From Takakia lepidozioides (lineage: Eukaryota; Plantae; Bryophyta): a DNA stretch of 64,000 nt. The position numbers and the translations under genes were made by a program. Position 1 is the stretch's first letter; each line of letters begins with the position of its first letter. The stretch covers positions 94,798,001-94,862,000 of the forward strand of contig CM060731.1 of the NCBI GenBank assembly GCA_030704615.1, in the 5' to 3' direction. Under the pieces are notes generated by a model. The model did no database searches. It worked only from the letters and a program-made list of their open reading frames with translations, and had not been told where the DNA came from. Shown one piece after another: positions 1 through 13,086 of this stretch.

Positions 1-571
1 TTGAGGATGATCGTGCAATGTGTCCACACCTGCCACTTCTCCCTCCTGGAAAATCTGATTTCTTGTGCCGCCAAACCTATCCCTCTGCACACGCACATAT
101 GGATCAACACGTCGAGAAGAGCAGGCAGCAACATAGCGGGGAAGCCGACCAACGATAATGTCAGGACTACAAGTAGGGGAGGAGAAGAAAATGTTGCACC
201 CGTGACAAGATAAAAGCACTGGAGTCCTACCCTAACCCCACGCATGCTCTACAATGGTACGTACACCCACCCGCCCCGCGTAGCCGCCACACTCCTTCCA
301 ATAATTTGTCCTCCTACTTCCTCAGATCGTGAAAAGACGGCTTGAAGAATTCACAACGCAGTGACAGCAGAACGCGCACAAGTCGGGGATAGCAGCAAGA
401 GGCCGCCCAGGAAATGGCAGCGTGGTGCGGGTCAAGCAGCGAGGTCGGCAGGCAGCAGCTAGGGTGCAGCCCGTGCTTGCCTCTCCTCTTCATCCATCGC
501 ACTTCCATCCTCATTCTCATCGGTAGACGCAGGCGGCGTATAGAATCGCCTAGAAATTTCCTTTGTTAAAA

Positions 572-2225
572 TCGTAAAAACCTACGGGATTTTTCCCTTT
601 GTATTTGTAGGGACCTTATTTGACAGAATATCACGTCAACAGCTGGTAGGGGCATTACGGCGTGTGGGCTGGGGATCTTATGCGTAATGTCCCGTGGGAT
701 ATTACTAGTGTTGGGAGGGTATTGGGTACCGAGAGGGTATTAACACAGGTATCAATGTGGGTATGTGGACCCGAATCCGCAGGGTACATTGTTGGACAAT
801 ACCAGGTTCATAACCTACCCGTCGGTTAAGTGCTCAGCTCATATTGATGCTGAGACCCGGACCCTTGGATAATGCTTCAGTGATATTGATATTTATGAGG
901 GCTAAAAAAAACTAGATTTCTCACATATCAATATCAAGTGGCTAGACATGTCACATTTTAGTTTTTGATTCCCCATCGCTTCAAGGATTTAGCACCCCCT
1001 TAAAAAAATATTAAACCGAACTAATACTCAAACGTTGTCAAACATTGCCCAAATTTACACACCTTATCTTAAGAAATTCAAACTACTTAGAGTACTTAGG
1101 AATACTAACTAACTTTATAATTCTAGCCACCTAAAGAAGTACATTAGTATTAATATTAGTTAGTAGATAACATTTTGATTTTAATTAGTTAGTATTCCTC
1201 ATCACTTTGATAAGTTCGGATAAATTTTACATGGACAGGGCGCTCTTAAAAAATGGTTGAAGAATTTTTTTTTAACCCCGGCCCCGGGTTGATAATAGTA
1301 GGTTATCATCCATGTTTGATTGTTATTGATATGTTGTCTAATAATTTTGATAATGGGCTTGATTGATAACCCCCGGGTATGTAAAATCCTAAATAATTCT
1401 AGTATTAGTCTCCGGCGGGTATGTCCCACAACCTCACCCAGCCAATACCCGGAACCAGCGGGTCTTACAAAAGATAATAACCTCCCAACATTGGATATTA
1501 CGCCCTGTCATCTTTTCCTTTCGAAATTCATTTCCTTTATTTGATCCTAGGGATACGAGCCATTCACGCAAATCTTCAAGAGATCTCAGCCATCAGATCT
1601 CAACCATCCACCGCGGGAAAGATCCCTCTGTCTTTACGCAGGGAAAGTACCCCCGTCTTTATGCAGGGAAAGTACCCCCGCCTCGGGCCCACCTTGGTGC
1701 TCGGGTCCTAGTGCCTCTGTCTTTACGCAGGGAAAGTACCCTCGCCTCGGGCCCACCTTGGTGCTCGGGTCGTAGTGCCTCGGGCTACGCCCTCGGACTA
1801 CTCCCCTCACACCGCGGTACATCCTTGGAGGGGGGACTTTACCCTATACGTTACCTACCTTCTCAAACGGGAAGTTTTCATTGTGACAGGAGGAGGTATC
1901 ATCCGTAAGGCGTAAAAACCTACGGGTTTTTTCCCTTTGTATTTTCAGGGAGCTTACGTGACGGAATGTTAGGTCAAAGAGGGGACCTTACGCGTAAGAT
2001 CTCGTAGGACCTTACGCACTGTCATCTGTTCCTTATTAATCTCATTTCTTCTATTCCAGTTGTAGGAATCTCAGCCATCCAATCCGAAAAAAAACCCTAT
2101 GTCTGGTAAGTCCCCTAACCTAAGGCCCACCCGGTCGTACTGCCGCTGGCTATGCCCTCGGAGTACTCCCCTCACACCGTGGTATGCCCTCGGTTGGGGG
2201 ACTTACCCTATACGTAAGACACCTA
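572..2225. repeat. Two related copies of an unclassified non-coding repeat (572-705 plus 1502-1860, and about 1911-2225)
   Basis: Both copies begin CGTAAAAACCTACGGG..TTTTCCCTTTGTATT (572, 1911) and end with TACTCCCCTCACACCG.GGTA...GGGGGACTT(T)ACCCTATACGT (about 1799, 2164). The first copy is interrupted by the MITE at 706 and has internal CAGGGAAAGTACCC repeats at 1639-1740. Confidence 0.6.
706..1493. mobile_element. hAT-type MITE
   Basis: TIRs TAGTGTTGGGAGG (706) and CCTCCCAACATTG (1481-1493). Perfect 8-bp TSD GATATTAC at 698-705 and 1494-1501. AT-rich non-coding interior. Confidence 0.9.
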
Positions 2226-2285
2226 GGGCCTACGAGATTTGTAAGATGGCGATGTGGGGAGGCCGATGAAGGGGAGTTGGTTTTT

Positions 2286-2550
2286 TCACGCCCGGTGAAG
2301 GGCAGCTGATGTTGCAGACCTATCATGTTGCAAAAGAGTATGGACTTCGCTACAAGATAGCGTGGCCTGGTGAATGTATTGGTCTCTTTTGGGGTCACAA
2401 CACATCCAGCGTAAAAATATGTAGTACAGGTGCTTGCATGGAATCCACTTCCTCTTCTTTCCCAGACTGGCCTCACGCATGTACATGAAATCTGGACAGG
2501 TGCAATCCGGGAAATTACCAACCGTAACCTGATACACCTTGTTTTGAAGA
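2286..2550 (-). pseudogene. C-terminal SWIM zinc-finger fragment of MULE family A transposase
   Basis: YQVTVGNFPDCTCPDF...WIPCKHLYY is a CxC-xn-CxH SWIM motif, highly similar to the 16353-17066 ORF. Confidence 0.85.
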
Positions 2551-2554
2551 ACAG

Positions 2555-3140
2555 AGCCTGAATTGACTTTAAAGATTTTTATTTTTTATTTTTTATTTTT
2601 TTGGTTCAATATGCGAATGTCATGACCGTCGACGATCATGACATTTCAACATGAGCCCGAATCGGCTTTTGAAGAAAGAAAAAAAAGTTTTCTTTTTCTT
2701 TTTCTTTTTCATTTTCTGGTTCGATATGCGAATGTCATGATCGTCAACGAACCCATGAACCCGAATTGACTTTTAAAAAGAAGAAAAAGAAACTTTTATT
2801 TTTTATTTTTTTATTTGTTCTGGTTTGATACGTAAATTGACATGATCGTTGACGATCATGACATTTCCCCATGCCCACTGCACGTCTAGATTGCTCCACA
2901 TGCTTATTCGATGGACATCATTTTTTTTACGGACAACCATATACTACTATAGAGAATGCAACACCATACTATCGTAGAAGGTAGGGAAAATGTCATGTTC
3001 GTTAACGATCGTGACATTTGCCTCCATCTCGAACCTGTTCAAAACAAATCTAAGGATTTTTCTTTTTTTTCCCTAGTTTGATATGCAAATGTGATGATCG
3101 TTGACGATCATCACATTTCCCCATGCCCACTGCATGTCTA
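2555..3140. repeat. Degenerate repeat cluster with about five 30-bp palindromes
   Basis: AATGTCATGA-CCGTCGACGA-TCATGACATT at 2616-2645, with variants near 2731, 2835, 2989 and 3088, separated by A/T tracts. Confidence 0.75.
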
Positions 3141-3520
3141 GATTGTGGTGATTGGTCTGTAGACTATGATGTTTGATGCAAATTGCATCTCTAGGATTTG
3201 TAAAGAATTTGCTTCTTTTTTTATCAGGAACTTTCAGATCTATGATATGGGGTGCTTCATTGATTGTATAGTGGACCTCAAGTGGACGACATGCTCTATA
3301 AGTATATTCAAACTGGAGTTTGAGGAGGTCCAATGATGCTATTTGGAGATGGGCTCAAGAGAAAACCTTGTTACCTTGTTGTATTCACTACAGTTTCGAC
3401 CTTCAAATGCTTTGTAATTTTTAACAAAGTTTGGTTCACCATGGTGATACATGTCTGCACCACAATTGGGCAGTCAGCTTTGTCACCATTGTTTCTATGT
3501 TGGAAGCTTCTTTGAATAGT

Positions 3521-3890
3521 CTTATTTCCACGGAAATGGGTGGTTAACCACGGTCATAGGCCCTACATCTTCGACCACTTTCATGCCAGCTGGACTGGGC
3601 TCACAGGCTCACGGGGCTGGGCTCACGATCTAGTTTCCCCTTGCGACCTCTAGGGTAGCCTGTGCCGTTGGCCCAAGTGTCCACTGTCATCTAGGCCCAA
3701 GTGTTCACTGTCATCTAAGCCCAAGTGTAAGATCTTATATGTATCCCCGTGCGTCTCATATATTGTCGAGGCCCAAGCGCGACGGGGGATGCTAGAGTGT
3801 GAGCCTAGCCACGTGAGCCCAGGAGTCTATGAGCCCAGGACACGTGGCATGATTTTGGGAAAGATGCGGCGTCTATTTCCGTGGAAGAGG
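3521..3890. mobile_element. Putative MITE of a GTGAGCCC-motif family
   Basis: 12-bp inverted repeat TTCCACGGAAAT (3526-3537) / ATTTCCGTGGAA (3875-3886), with GGCTCAC and GTGAGCC motifs in opposite orientation on the two arms. 3643-3666 is the exact reverse complement of GGCACAGGCTACCCTAGAGGTCGC near 24580. No clear TSD. Confidence 0.55.
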
Positions 3891-4452
3891 ATCCATTACC
3901 GCAGAAACACGTCTTCATCCATATTAACCCTGCAACCCCAAATAGAAACCCTAACCCTTGTCAGCCTTAGGGACCCACCTCAACCCCAACAGTGAACCTC
4001 GCCATCCTGCCCCTGTGCATGATACTGCGCACTGACATCATCCATGGGACCATCCATGCATGCAACATTCATCCACAGTGTACATCCAATCGGGGTTCAT
4101 CCATCCAAAAACATTCATCCTCCATCCATCCAACCAAATATTGGTGTGATGGCATATGTCGAATGACTGTCTACTGGACTATGCACATATTCATCTCTGT
4201 TGAAAAACTTTTATTGAATGCACACAGTTGAATTTGAGAGCAATGATTAGAAGGAAAACACTTTCAAATTCGACTGTACTGACTGTTATGAAGTCATGCT
4301 TTTTGCACTGCCTGAATTGAGTGCTTCAGCGCACTCAGTTATGGCGGTGCATGAGCAATGACTCTAAACCAGTTCCATCCAGAATGGGTCTGCACTCCCA
4401 CCCAGATGTGCTATGAAACATTCCTCACTAATTATTGTCCTCTTCATCGCAG

Positions 4453-5405
4453 ACCCGTCTATTTGAGGCCGTCTGTCTCGTGAGGGTACATCCACTGTCG
4501 ACTCCCACCATAGTGGTGGAGTTCGAGCTTCATGGGGGATGATGTTTCATAAACGAGAGGTTCGATCCTGTCGTCGATGACATGCACTACAACTATGTCG
4601 ACTCCAACGTATGTTTGCGAAAGCCAAATGGAACGCCTTGGAGAGGGGCCCGTGAAAAAAGCCCGGCTTTTATCCAAACGATCATTGAGAGTTGTTCTCG
4701 GCTAGGGGCCCACATCATAGATCTCACTCTCGGCACATGTTTCTCTTCTTGCATTTGTCATCGATTTCTTTTCTTCTGCACCTTCTTTACTCAATATTCT
4801 AAAACTCAAATTCCTTCAATTTGTCTCTTGCAGGCGCTTCTTACCATGCTTGCAAGGCAGATGGCAGGCACTTGTTTGGTATGGAAGGAGATGCAGATAT
4901 TTTCACTGGCCTCCTCGCTGAGTTGCAATGGGGCGCGTCTACCTCCAATGTCAAGGATGTCACTGCGCAAATTGATATCCTCAACGGTGACGGCAAAGAC
5001 CTGGACCATGACTTTTCATGTGAGTAAATTCATTTTCTGTCTATTTGATCCCTGTGTATATGCTCTGTCGCGTCCCCTTATGTTGTCTGATTGTTACCCA
5101 AATGGTGCATTTCTAATTGCAGGAATGTGAACACACTCTTGTGGCCCTTGTCTTCCATATACTTGAGGGACTTGTGCTTGAGCCCACCTCCTAATTATGT
5201 CCTTCCCGATTACGCGGAAGACATTGCTCGTGTGCAAGCAACTGTGCTTTCTCCCCTACCCTTGCGTTGGAGTTCCAGGAAGACGCTCAGGCACCTCTTC
5301 ATAGATGATAGTGCAGCAGTTTCAAGTGGTAGCAGTACTTCTAGCAGTTCAGCAGATTCAGGTGGTAGTAGTAGCAGTGTTGACACCACCTACGGATGTA
5401 CTTGA
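4453..5405 (+). pseudogene. 3' remnant of a spliced beta-class N4-cytosine/N6-adenine DNA methyltransferase-like gene
   Basis: Exons about 4453-4738, 4834-5023 and 5123-5405 with GT-AG introns. The spliced product PWRGAREKSPAFIQTIIESCSRLGAHIIDLTLGT(C)ASYHACKADGRHLFGMEGDADIF matches motifs X-I-II of N6_N4_Mtase (xEKP..l...i..ss..G..vlD.f.GsGt...a....gR..iG.E.d). Catalytic motif IV is not present; in-frame stop at 4540. Confidence 0.75.
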
Positions 5406-5720
5406 GGGCATTCATTTATGGAACATGAGGGGACACACTCTCCGTTTTCCGTTGCACCACCATTTCTCTTCCCACCGTCCGTTGTAATGAGCACGGACTA
5501 CAATGAAATTCACATCCCTGAATTGAAACATTCTCTCCCCCTTCAACAAAGAAGGAATAAAAACGAAGTATTTGAAACCCACCTTCTACCCTGGCCAATC
5601 CCCTTCGTCAGATATAGGCTGTTGACATAGTTCCAGGTCTTTATAATCCGCATCCCTGAGGCTTTCAAGTAGCTTGCCAGCTCCCGACGACATCTCATCG
5701 TGACAGATTGTATGATAACC

Positions 5721-5721
<1 letters not shown>

Positions 5722-5757
<36 letters not shown>
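5722..5757. repeat. (TA)n microsatellite
   Basis: Perfect TA run of about 17 units. Confidence 0.95.
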
Positions 5758-5760
<3 letters not shown>

Positions 5761-5984
5761 TTCCCTCTCCTCCCCCCTCCCCCCGAGAGAACTGAGTGCG
5801 TCAACGCACTCAATTTCTTCATGATCATGATTTCAGGATGATCATCGACGACAGGTGCGGGTCCGGATTTTCACCCCGGGTACCCGACGGGTTTTGGGGG
5901 AAACCCAACCCCCCCCCCCTTGAGAACTGAGTGCGTCAACACACTCAATTTTTTCATGATCATGATTTCAGGATGATCATTGAC

Positions 5985-6468
5985 GAATTGGAGATGGGCA
6001 AGTTGGAGGACGCTAGCTTTCGTCTGCACCGATCTGTGGCGTCGACTCTTGGTGGCCTTGCTGCTATGGTGCCTCCTCCAGACGATACTTCGCATCCCAC
6101 AAGAAGGAATGGCAAAACAGTGCATCGGGTGGCTTCGGGGCCTGATCACGATGCGAAGGTGGAATCGGCCAGACTACTTCAGGCTCGGGTAACAGGAACT
6201 ATGGAAGTACCTTCACCTGGGTATGGACGGGTTTATACTTCACATCTGGGTCTGTTTTGCATGACAGGGCCTATCAGGTGACGGTGGGAAATTTTTCGGG
6301 GTGTACCTGTCCCGACTTCGTGTGCATGCGTGAGGAAGCTCTAGGAAAGAGAGAGAAATGGGTTCCCTGCAAGCATCTTTACTACATCTTTTTGCGCAGG
6401 ATGTATTTTGATCCCAAAAGAGACCAAATCATTCACCAGGCGACCCTAGGTCCTGGTGAGGTACGGAC
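5985..6468 (+). pseudogene. MULE family A C-terminal fragment (pre-SWIM and SWIM), cut by hAT insertion
   Basis: SHPTRRNGKTVHRVASGPDHDAKVESARLLQARVT and CTCPDF...PCKHLYY, collinear with 16353-17066, with a frameshift near 6250. Confidence 0.85.
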
Positions 6469-6894
6469 CAGTGTTGTGCGGTTCTTGCCATATTGAAGGA
6501 ACCGCCGGTTCCGGTTCCTTGATAGATTTAAAGAGGCGGTTCCGGTTCCGGATCCGGTTCTTTTTTATGAAGCGGTTCCGGTTCCGGTTCCGGTTCCAAA
6601 ATTCATGAGCAGATGCTGGTTCCGGTTCCGGGTATTTTTTGGGAAGGATCCGCCGGTTCCGGTTTCCGGTTCCGGTTTTGTATTTTTTGAATTTATATAT
6701 ATATAATTTTCTTATCTTTTTTTATAAATCTGAAAATGATTTGTGAATCCCCATTAGTTATATCTAATATTTTGACCATGTTGAAAAGAAACAACACAAC
6801 ATTCATAAACAAATTTATGAAATAATAATAATCCAAAGTAACCAAGTGTAAATCAATGTGTGTAGAGTAGTGTACTATAGAGTACACAAAGAAA

Positions 6895-9237
6895 TCATTC
6901 TATCTCAAACAATTTGGCCTCTGCAATCAACTCCTCGTTGTCATCTAAGAAGACTTCCTCACTGTTCAAAAATTCGCTCATGGAAGAGCTCATGCAACCA
7001 ACACGAGCATCATTCGGCCAATTCTTGACAATGCTCACAATCATATCAAGGTTCTGAACACCTAACTTGCAACGTCGCAAGTTTGTAATAACACCTGCAA
7101 TGCTAAAAACCCTCTCACATTCAATCTGAGACCCAACAATGCCCAACAGGAGATGTGCCAAATACCCCACATATGGAAATACAGATTCGTGCTCCTTCCA
7201 CCATTTCAAATGAGCACTGCACTCAGTGTCAGTGACTTTTTGCCTTCGGAAATGCGCAAGCTGATCTCTCACCACCGTCAATGCCATATCCTCACATGGC
7301 TCCTCCAAACCAAACAATGACATGTCATCCTGAGTGGAATCTGGCTCCGGCTGGGCCGTAGTATCCGGGTGAAGGATCTTGAAACATTTGACCAAAAGAG
7401 GCTCCAACACCAAGGTGTCATATTGCCGAACAATGATATGTCCTTGTTCTCTGCCCATATATTGTGTCACCAAGGACAATCCCTTGAAACGCGGATCAAG
7501 CATCAACACCAACATATTGTGGGCTTTCAATGGTTGAACTCCTTCCAAAAATGAAAGAAATGGCCCCAATACATGCACCACCTCCTGAGCCATCCGCCAT
7601 TCTAACAATTGCAACTCTGCATCAAAATCGCCAATGCAATAATCCACTGTACCCAACCTTCGAACATTCTCTGCTCGCATGCGTACACAAGTTGTAATTG
7701 CTGCAGCAAGAGCATCAGACAACAGCCAGTATCTGCCTGACTGGTTCATAACACACTCATGAACCACAGGTCCAAGAACCGTGGAAATAGACTTTGCAAT
7801 TGCCCACACTTGTGGGCTTGGTATGCGAGATTGCAAAGATAGTGAAGCATGCCTAGAATAACAAGTAATGATGGCTTGCCGAAATTCCAAAGTTTCTTGA
7901 AAGATGATCACTTTCGAGCAAACCTGGTTTTCACTGGAGTCTTCAGCTTGCGAGGATGAATGCCACTATCAACACATGCTGCATTCCATTCTCGCCTTCC
8001 TTTTCCACTCTTCTTGGTCCAAGTGATGGTCTTCTGTAACTCTGATTGAGCATCCTTTAAAGACACAACCCTCATATCCATGCACACCTTTGCATCAGTC
8101 GTGGCATACTGACAACACTTGGACATTGCATGTCCAAAGCAACTTCCCACAAATGGTGCAGACAGTCCCAATGGGGCACAAGACACGACTGCATTCAAAG
8201 CTGCAGTCAAAGTACCCAAATTACCTCCTTCATCTTTGACATAAGCTATGATGCGCGAATTCAAACCATATTTTGTCAAAAGGTCATTCACTTGTCGTGC
8301 CATGGCTGCCCCCGATGTATCAGGTGCCTCAAACATTCCCAATGTCACATGGCATGGTTCCCATTGCTCATTAAGAAAGTGCGCTATGATGACAAAAGTA
8401 TATGTTCCTCCTCTTGACATCCACAAATCAAAACTGACAGTACAAGTTACATAACTTGATATCAATGGGGACATGTACAAGTCTTGTGTTTTTGCTACCA
8501 CTGATGGGAGCGTCTCATTCACAAGTGTGCGTCGAGAGGGGAAAACTAGACGATCATTTTGTCTCCCCACTACCCTTCGTAGCCATGGAGATTCGACCAA
8601 AGACAATGGCAACAACTCTTTTGCAATGAACAGGACCAAATCCTCGTTGAACCTTTTCTGTTGTTCATCATCTTTCTTGTATGGAGTTCGACTGCCAAAG
8701 AAAGAAGATATGTTCCCTGGGGTAGGGCCAAGCCTCTTCTTCGCAGGTCTACGAGCATCCGACCCATTTTTTTCCATTTCAATCCACTTACTAAACCAAA
8801 GCCCCATGTTTCTGATTCACATGCTTGTGAAGAACAGAGTTTCCATGGTCTTTGTTGTAAGTCATACATCCTGGCATCTTTTCAAACACAGGAGCAGGAT
8901 GACAAAACACACACCTCATATATTGCGGGTGTATTGCATCTACTGGACCCGCGTTGGCAACTGCATAAAATGCCCATGATGAAGCAGTGCGATTGTAAGG
9001 TTTCCAAAAATCACGTTGTTTGCTTAGGATGGAAAACTGCTCTTCCTCGGACATTGAGCTGCTTGAATATTGTGATATTGTGGAAGACCCACCGACCGCT
9101 GAAGTGAGAGGAATTGATGAAGAAGACGATGCACATAGCGTAGGGCAAGCTTCCATAGCTCCCGCATTGTTGACATTGGTGTCATGAACAACACCTCTCT
9201 CCAGTTCTTCAAAGATATTGGGCTCCATGTGATGCAA
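6895..9237 (-). pseudogene. hAT transposase (BED finger, DDE, dimerisation domain) with two frameshifts
   Basis: BED finger RCVFC...LHKHVNQKH; VSFDLWMS, YVKDEG, CFGH, TRFA, LDPRFK; C-terminal LKWWKEHE...SQIECERVFS. Split over ORFs 8791-9237, 7908-8807 and 6895-7911. Confidence 0.93.
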
Positions 9238-10662
9238 ATGGCTGGATACACTCCCTGAATCAAATTATTCTCAATCCAAGCTCTTGAGTGGCACAAGCAC
9301 TCATACATTCAAAGTAGAACACATATATATAAATGTAAAATAGGTCATTTCAGTCATTCAGCCCCTTTAGACACCATGACAGATCCTCAAATGTGGAAAT
9401 TCAGTTTTCAGGTGTCATGAGTGGCAATCAAATGCACACTACGTAGACCTCTTTCAGATTTCCTAATGCTATCATAAGCCATTGGCAACAGTAGACCAGC
9501 CAAGAGAGCATGTACATTGCATATTTTCAGATCTCCTAATGCTAACACAAGGCATTGGCTACAGTAAGAAAGGAAAAAGAGAGAGAGAGGGAGGGCTAAA
9601 GGCCCTAGCAGAAGCTTCTCGGCTGCACAATTTTGCCATGAAAGGACCAAAAAAAATAAAAAATGAGGGGTAACCTCCACGGAGGTTGTGCTGACTGCAC
9701 TGCTCCCTCCCCCGTACTCGTACCCAGCTGCTCCCCCTGCGCTGGTGTGCTGCTCCCTCCCCCGCATTGATGCTCGCGCTGCTACAGTAGGAGGAGGTGA
9801 GAGACGATACAACGTGGGAAAAAAAACAAAAACAAAACCATGTTGCCTACGCTGCTATCTCCCCCTCCTGCGCTGGTTTGGCCTCCCCAATGGGCTGAGG
9901 CGATGCTCCCCTTCCCGCGCTGATGTTGGAATTCCATCTCAGTGCCAGAGATCCACTTCATCCCTACATCTGCTCTGCCCCTCTCGGGCCTTTTGAATGT
10001 TACATGGGCGTTCCCGAGGACGGGCATTTCGGGGACTTGGTTTCAGAGACCAATTCCTTGACCATTATAAACTTATGCTCATTCTCCACCCTCCTGCTCT
10101 GTCCAAACTACAAGCAGGCTATTTACCTACGAATATCCAGAATCAGTTGTCTGCCCTACAAGTCTACATGTCTGCAAAAGGTGTGAAACAAAGAGATGTT
10201 GCAAAAGTCTCGTTGAAATGACAAAGAGAAATCAAACACTGGATCTAAATTGCACAAACAAAGCATATCTTGACCGTCTTCCTCAACCCAGTATCATCAG
10301 GGACCTGCAAACTGCAATCTGCAAACCAATTAGAGCTTTAAAAAGCTTTACAGAATGCCCAACAACTTTTCCTCCACACCAGTCTGATCATACTTACTTT
10401 TCGCTGCCCTAGATGTGGGGCAAAGTTGAACACTGTAACTGCACTCAGGTGCGCGCCAAGTAGCACTCAATGTACAAACATCTAAGCGGAGCCTCATTAG
10501 TCTGTCACTCCACCCCTAGACCCGCTCTCTCCCCTTTCTTCAACCGTCTGTTCGCAGGGAAACTACAGCCACATGTGTCACATTTGTTGCAGGCTAGACA
10601 TGAAGAGGACCAGTGATGTAAGCAACCTATATTGCAGCCAACCCCCGACCGAACACTCAATT

Positions 10663-12012
10663 GTAGTGCCTTGCTCTATCAATTGCGTTGTTGCCGCTGT
10701 TGTTTCCAGTTGACCATCCACCCACATTGTCCCACCATTGACTGGGGTCAGAAAAGTGTCTCATTCCAAAGCTTCTCTTCATCTCTATTATCTGTTTTTG
10801 TGTACTTTCCTGCTGCCACCTCGGCAGTAACTTGCAAAGTCACTCCAAACCACCACAGATCATCCCAACAAGCTAATGAGTCTGATGAAAGGGCAAAACA
10901 GGCTGAAATAGGTCGAAGAAGAAGGTGCCCTCACCACAAATGTGTTGAAGAAGGTACCTTCATCAGTAATGCCTTGCTCTATCAATTGTGCTACTGCCGC
11001 TGTTGTTTCCAGTTGACCATCCACCCACATTGTCCCACCATTGACTGGGGTCAGAAAAGTGTCTCATTCCAAAGCTTATCTTCATCTCTGTTATCTGGTT
11101 TTGTGTACTTTCCTGCTGCCACCTCGGCAGTAACTTGCAAAGTCACTCCAAACCACCACAGATCATCCCAACGAGCTAACTTACAGAATTCAATATACAA
11201 ATTCAGGGCTGAGCCTGATGAGAGGGCAAAAGAGGCTGAAACAGGTCGAAGAAGAAGGCTGAAATGTGTTGAAGACGGTACCTTCATTAGCAGTGCCTTG
11301 TTCAAATTGCACTGCTACCGCTGCTGTTTCAGTTGACCATCTACCCACATTGTCCCACCATTGACAAGGGTCAGAAAAGTGTTCATTCCAAACTTCTCTT
11401 TATCTCTGTTATTAGTTTTTGGGTACTTTCTGGCTGCCACATTGGCAATAACTTGCAAAGTCACTCCAAACCACCACATATCCACCCAACGAGCCAACTT
11501 ACAGAATTCAATATGCAAATTCATGGCTGAGCCTGATGAGAGGGCAAAACACACTGAAAGAGGTCAAAGAAAATGGTACCATCAGGCTGAAATGTGTTGA
11601 AGAAGGTACCTTCATTAGCCGTGCCTTGTGGTGTCAATTGCGTTGCTACCGCTGCTATTCCAGTTGACCATCTACCCACATTGTCCCACCATTGACAAAG
11701 GTCAGAATAGTGTTCATTCCAAAGCTTCTCTTTATCTCTGTTATCAGTTTTTGGGTACTTTCCGGCTGCCACATTGGCAATATCTTGCAAAGTCACTCCA
11801 AACCACCACATATCCCCACCCAACGAGCCAACTTACAGAATTCGATATGCAAATTCATGGCTGAGCCTGATGAGAGGGCAAAACACACTGAAACAGGTCA
11901 AAGAAATGGTACCATCAGGCTGAAATGTGTTGAAGAAGGTACCTTCATTAGACGTGCCTTGTGGTGTCAATTGCGCTGTTGCCGCTGCTGTTTCCAGTTG
12001 AGCATCTACCCA
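10663..12012. repeat. Tandem repeat, about 300-330-bp unit, four copies plus a partial, inside the hAT element
   Basis: GTGCCTTG...CAATTGCG...TTTCCAGTTGACCATC.ACCCACATTGTCCCACCATTGAC recurs near 10666, 10968, 11293, 11621 and, partially, 11954. Confidence 0.9.
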
Positions 12013-12836
12013 GGCAGATTTCTTGTAGGTATTGATCCACAGGGAATTAGACGTAATCTTGTGTGTGAAATTCCGCCCTCTTAGATGAATCTGGACCTCT
12101 ATCCCTGGTCTTCAGCTGTGCCTGGGTGCCTCACCACATTGTCCTTGACCTTCTGTCATGACCCATGGAGATTGACTGATCATCAACCCAAGAGGACCTC
12201 TTGTGTGTGCTTACTTGTGTCTGTAGTCAGGTAATGCGGATTGGTCAGTGAGAACCACCACGGTGCAGCTGAGCGGCAGAGATTGAAACACGGCCTGCTA
12301 AGAACTCCCCCGTTACCCTAGTGAACCTGCTAAGCAAAAGGGGGGAGAGAGAGAGGTGCAGAAAAGGAACAGCAAGAGGCCCAGGCAGTCCAAAAACAAC
12401 CTGGAACTAAGCAAGGAGAGAGGGGGCCTTTATGCAAGGTAAGGAAGATGGACACTGAAGCAGCATTCTAAAGCGTAAATCGTGGAGAATCGAAGCTGCG
12501 AAGGAGGTGAGGCCTCGAAGCAGAGCCGCAGGTATTAAAATCAGAACTTGAGCTGAGTTCTCGACCATGTCAACTCCATCCATTCAATCATGCGGGCCGC
12601 TCGGATCCTCTGCCAGCTGATGCCATTCTTTCACAATCCAACACCCTGCAAACCTACCTATGTCTTCTTCCTCACTCTCATTCTTCCTCCCTTCTACAAA
12701 TGCTCCATGCCTTCCTCTATAACACCTAGTCCAACTCTTGTAACGTATCCCTCCCCCACGCTGCTCCCCTGTAACCAAACCCTCCCCCGCGCTGAAGTCG
12801 CGCTACTGCAGCAGATCGCGCGTGAGAGACGACAGG

Positions 12837-12867
<31 letters not shown>

Positions 12868-12895
12868 CTAGTGCGGGAACCGGAACCAGAACCGC

Positions 12896-13086
12896 ATACA
12901 CGGTAAGGTAAATTGATAACATGAAGGCAGGAAGGAATACAAATAGGAAGCACAACCACGATTCACTAGTTGCAGATCATGACTGATTGTTCTGAGCGGG
13001 CTGAGTGCTTAGAGATATCCAACTCTTCTATTTAGGAGTTTCCACCTCGGATAGCGAAGGGATGGGTGAGTAAAAGCCGCTCGACA
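12896..13086 (+). mobile_element. Displaced 3' part of a gypsy LTR, followed by TSD CAAGT
   Basis: Matches 35285-35475 of the 5' LTR and ends ...GCTCGACA. It is followed by CAAGT (13087-13091) rather than the PBS; the same pentamer precedes the 5' LTR (34469-34473). Confidence 0.9.

Larger units (their letters stand above)
6469..12896 (-). mobile_element. hAT DNA transposon, decayed, right TIR truncated
   Basis: Left end CAGTGTTGTGCGGTTC followed by many GGTTCC subterminal repeats (6500-6680). Right end GGAACCGGAACCAGAACCGCA (12876-12896) is the inverse but lacks the final CAACACTG and the expected TSD GTACGGAC. Encloses a transposase. Confidence 0.85.

Noticed and set aside
10632-12084. ORFs of 79-234 aa
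   Set aside because: Products of the tandem repeat with no domain signal.
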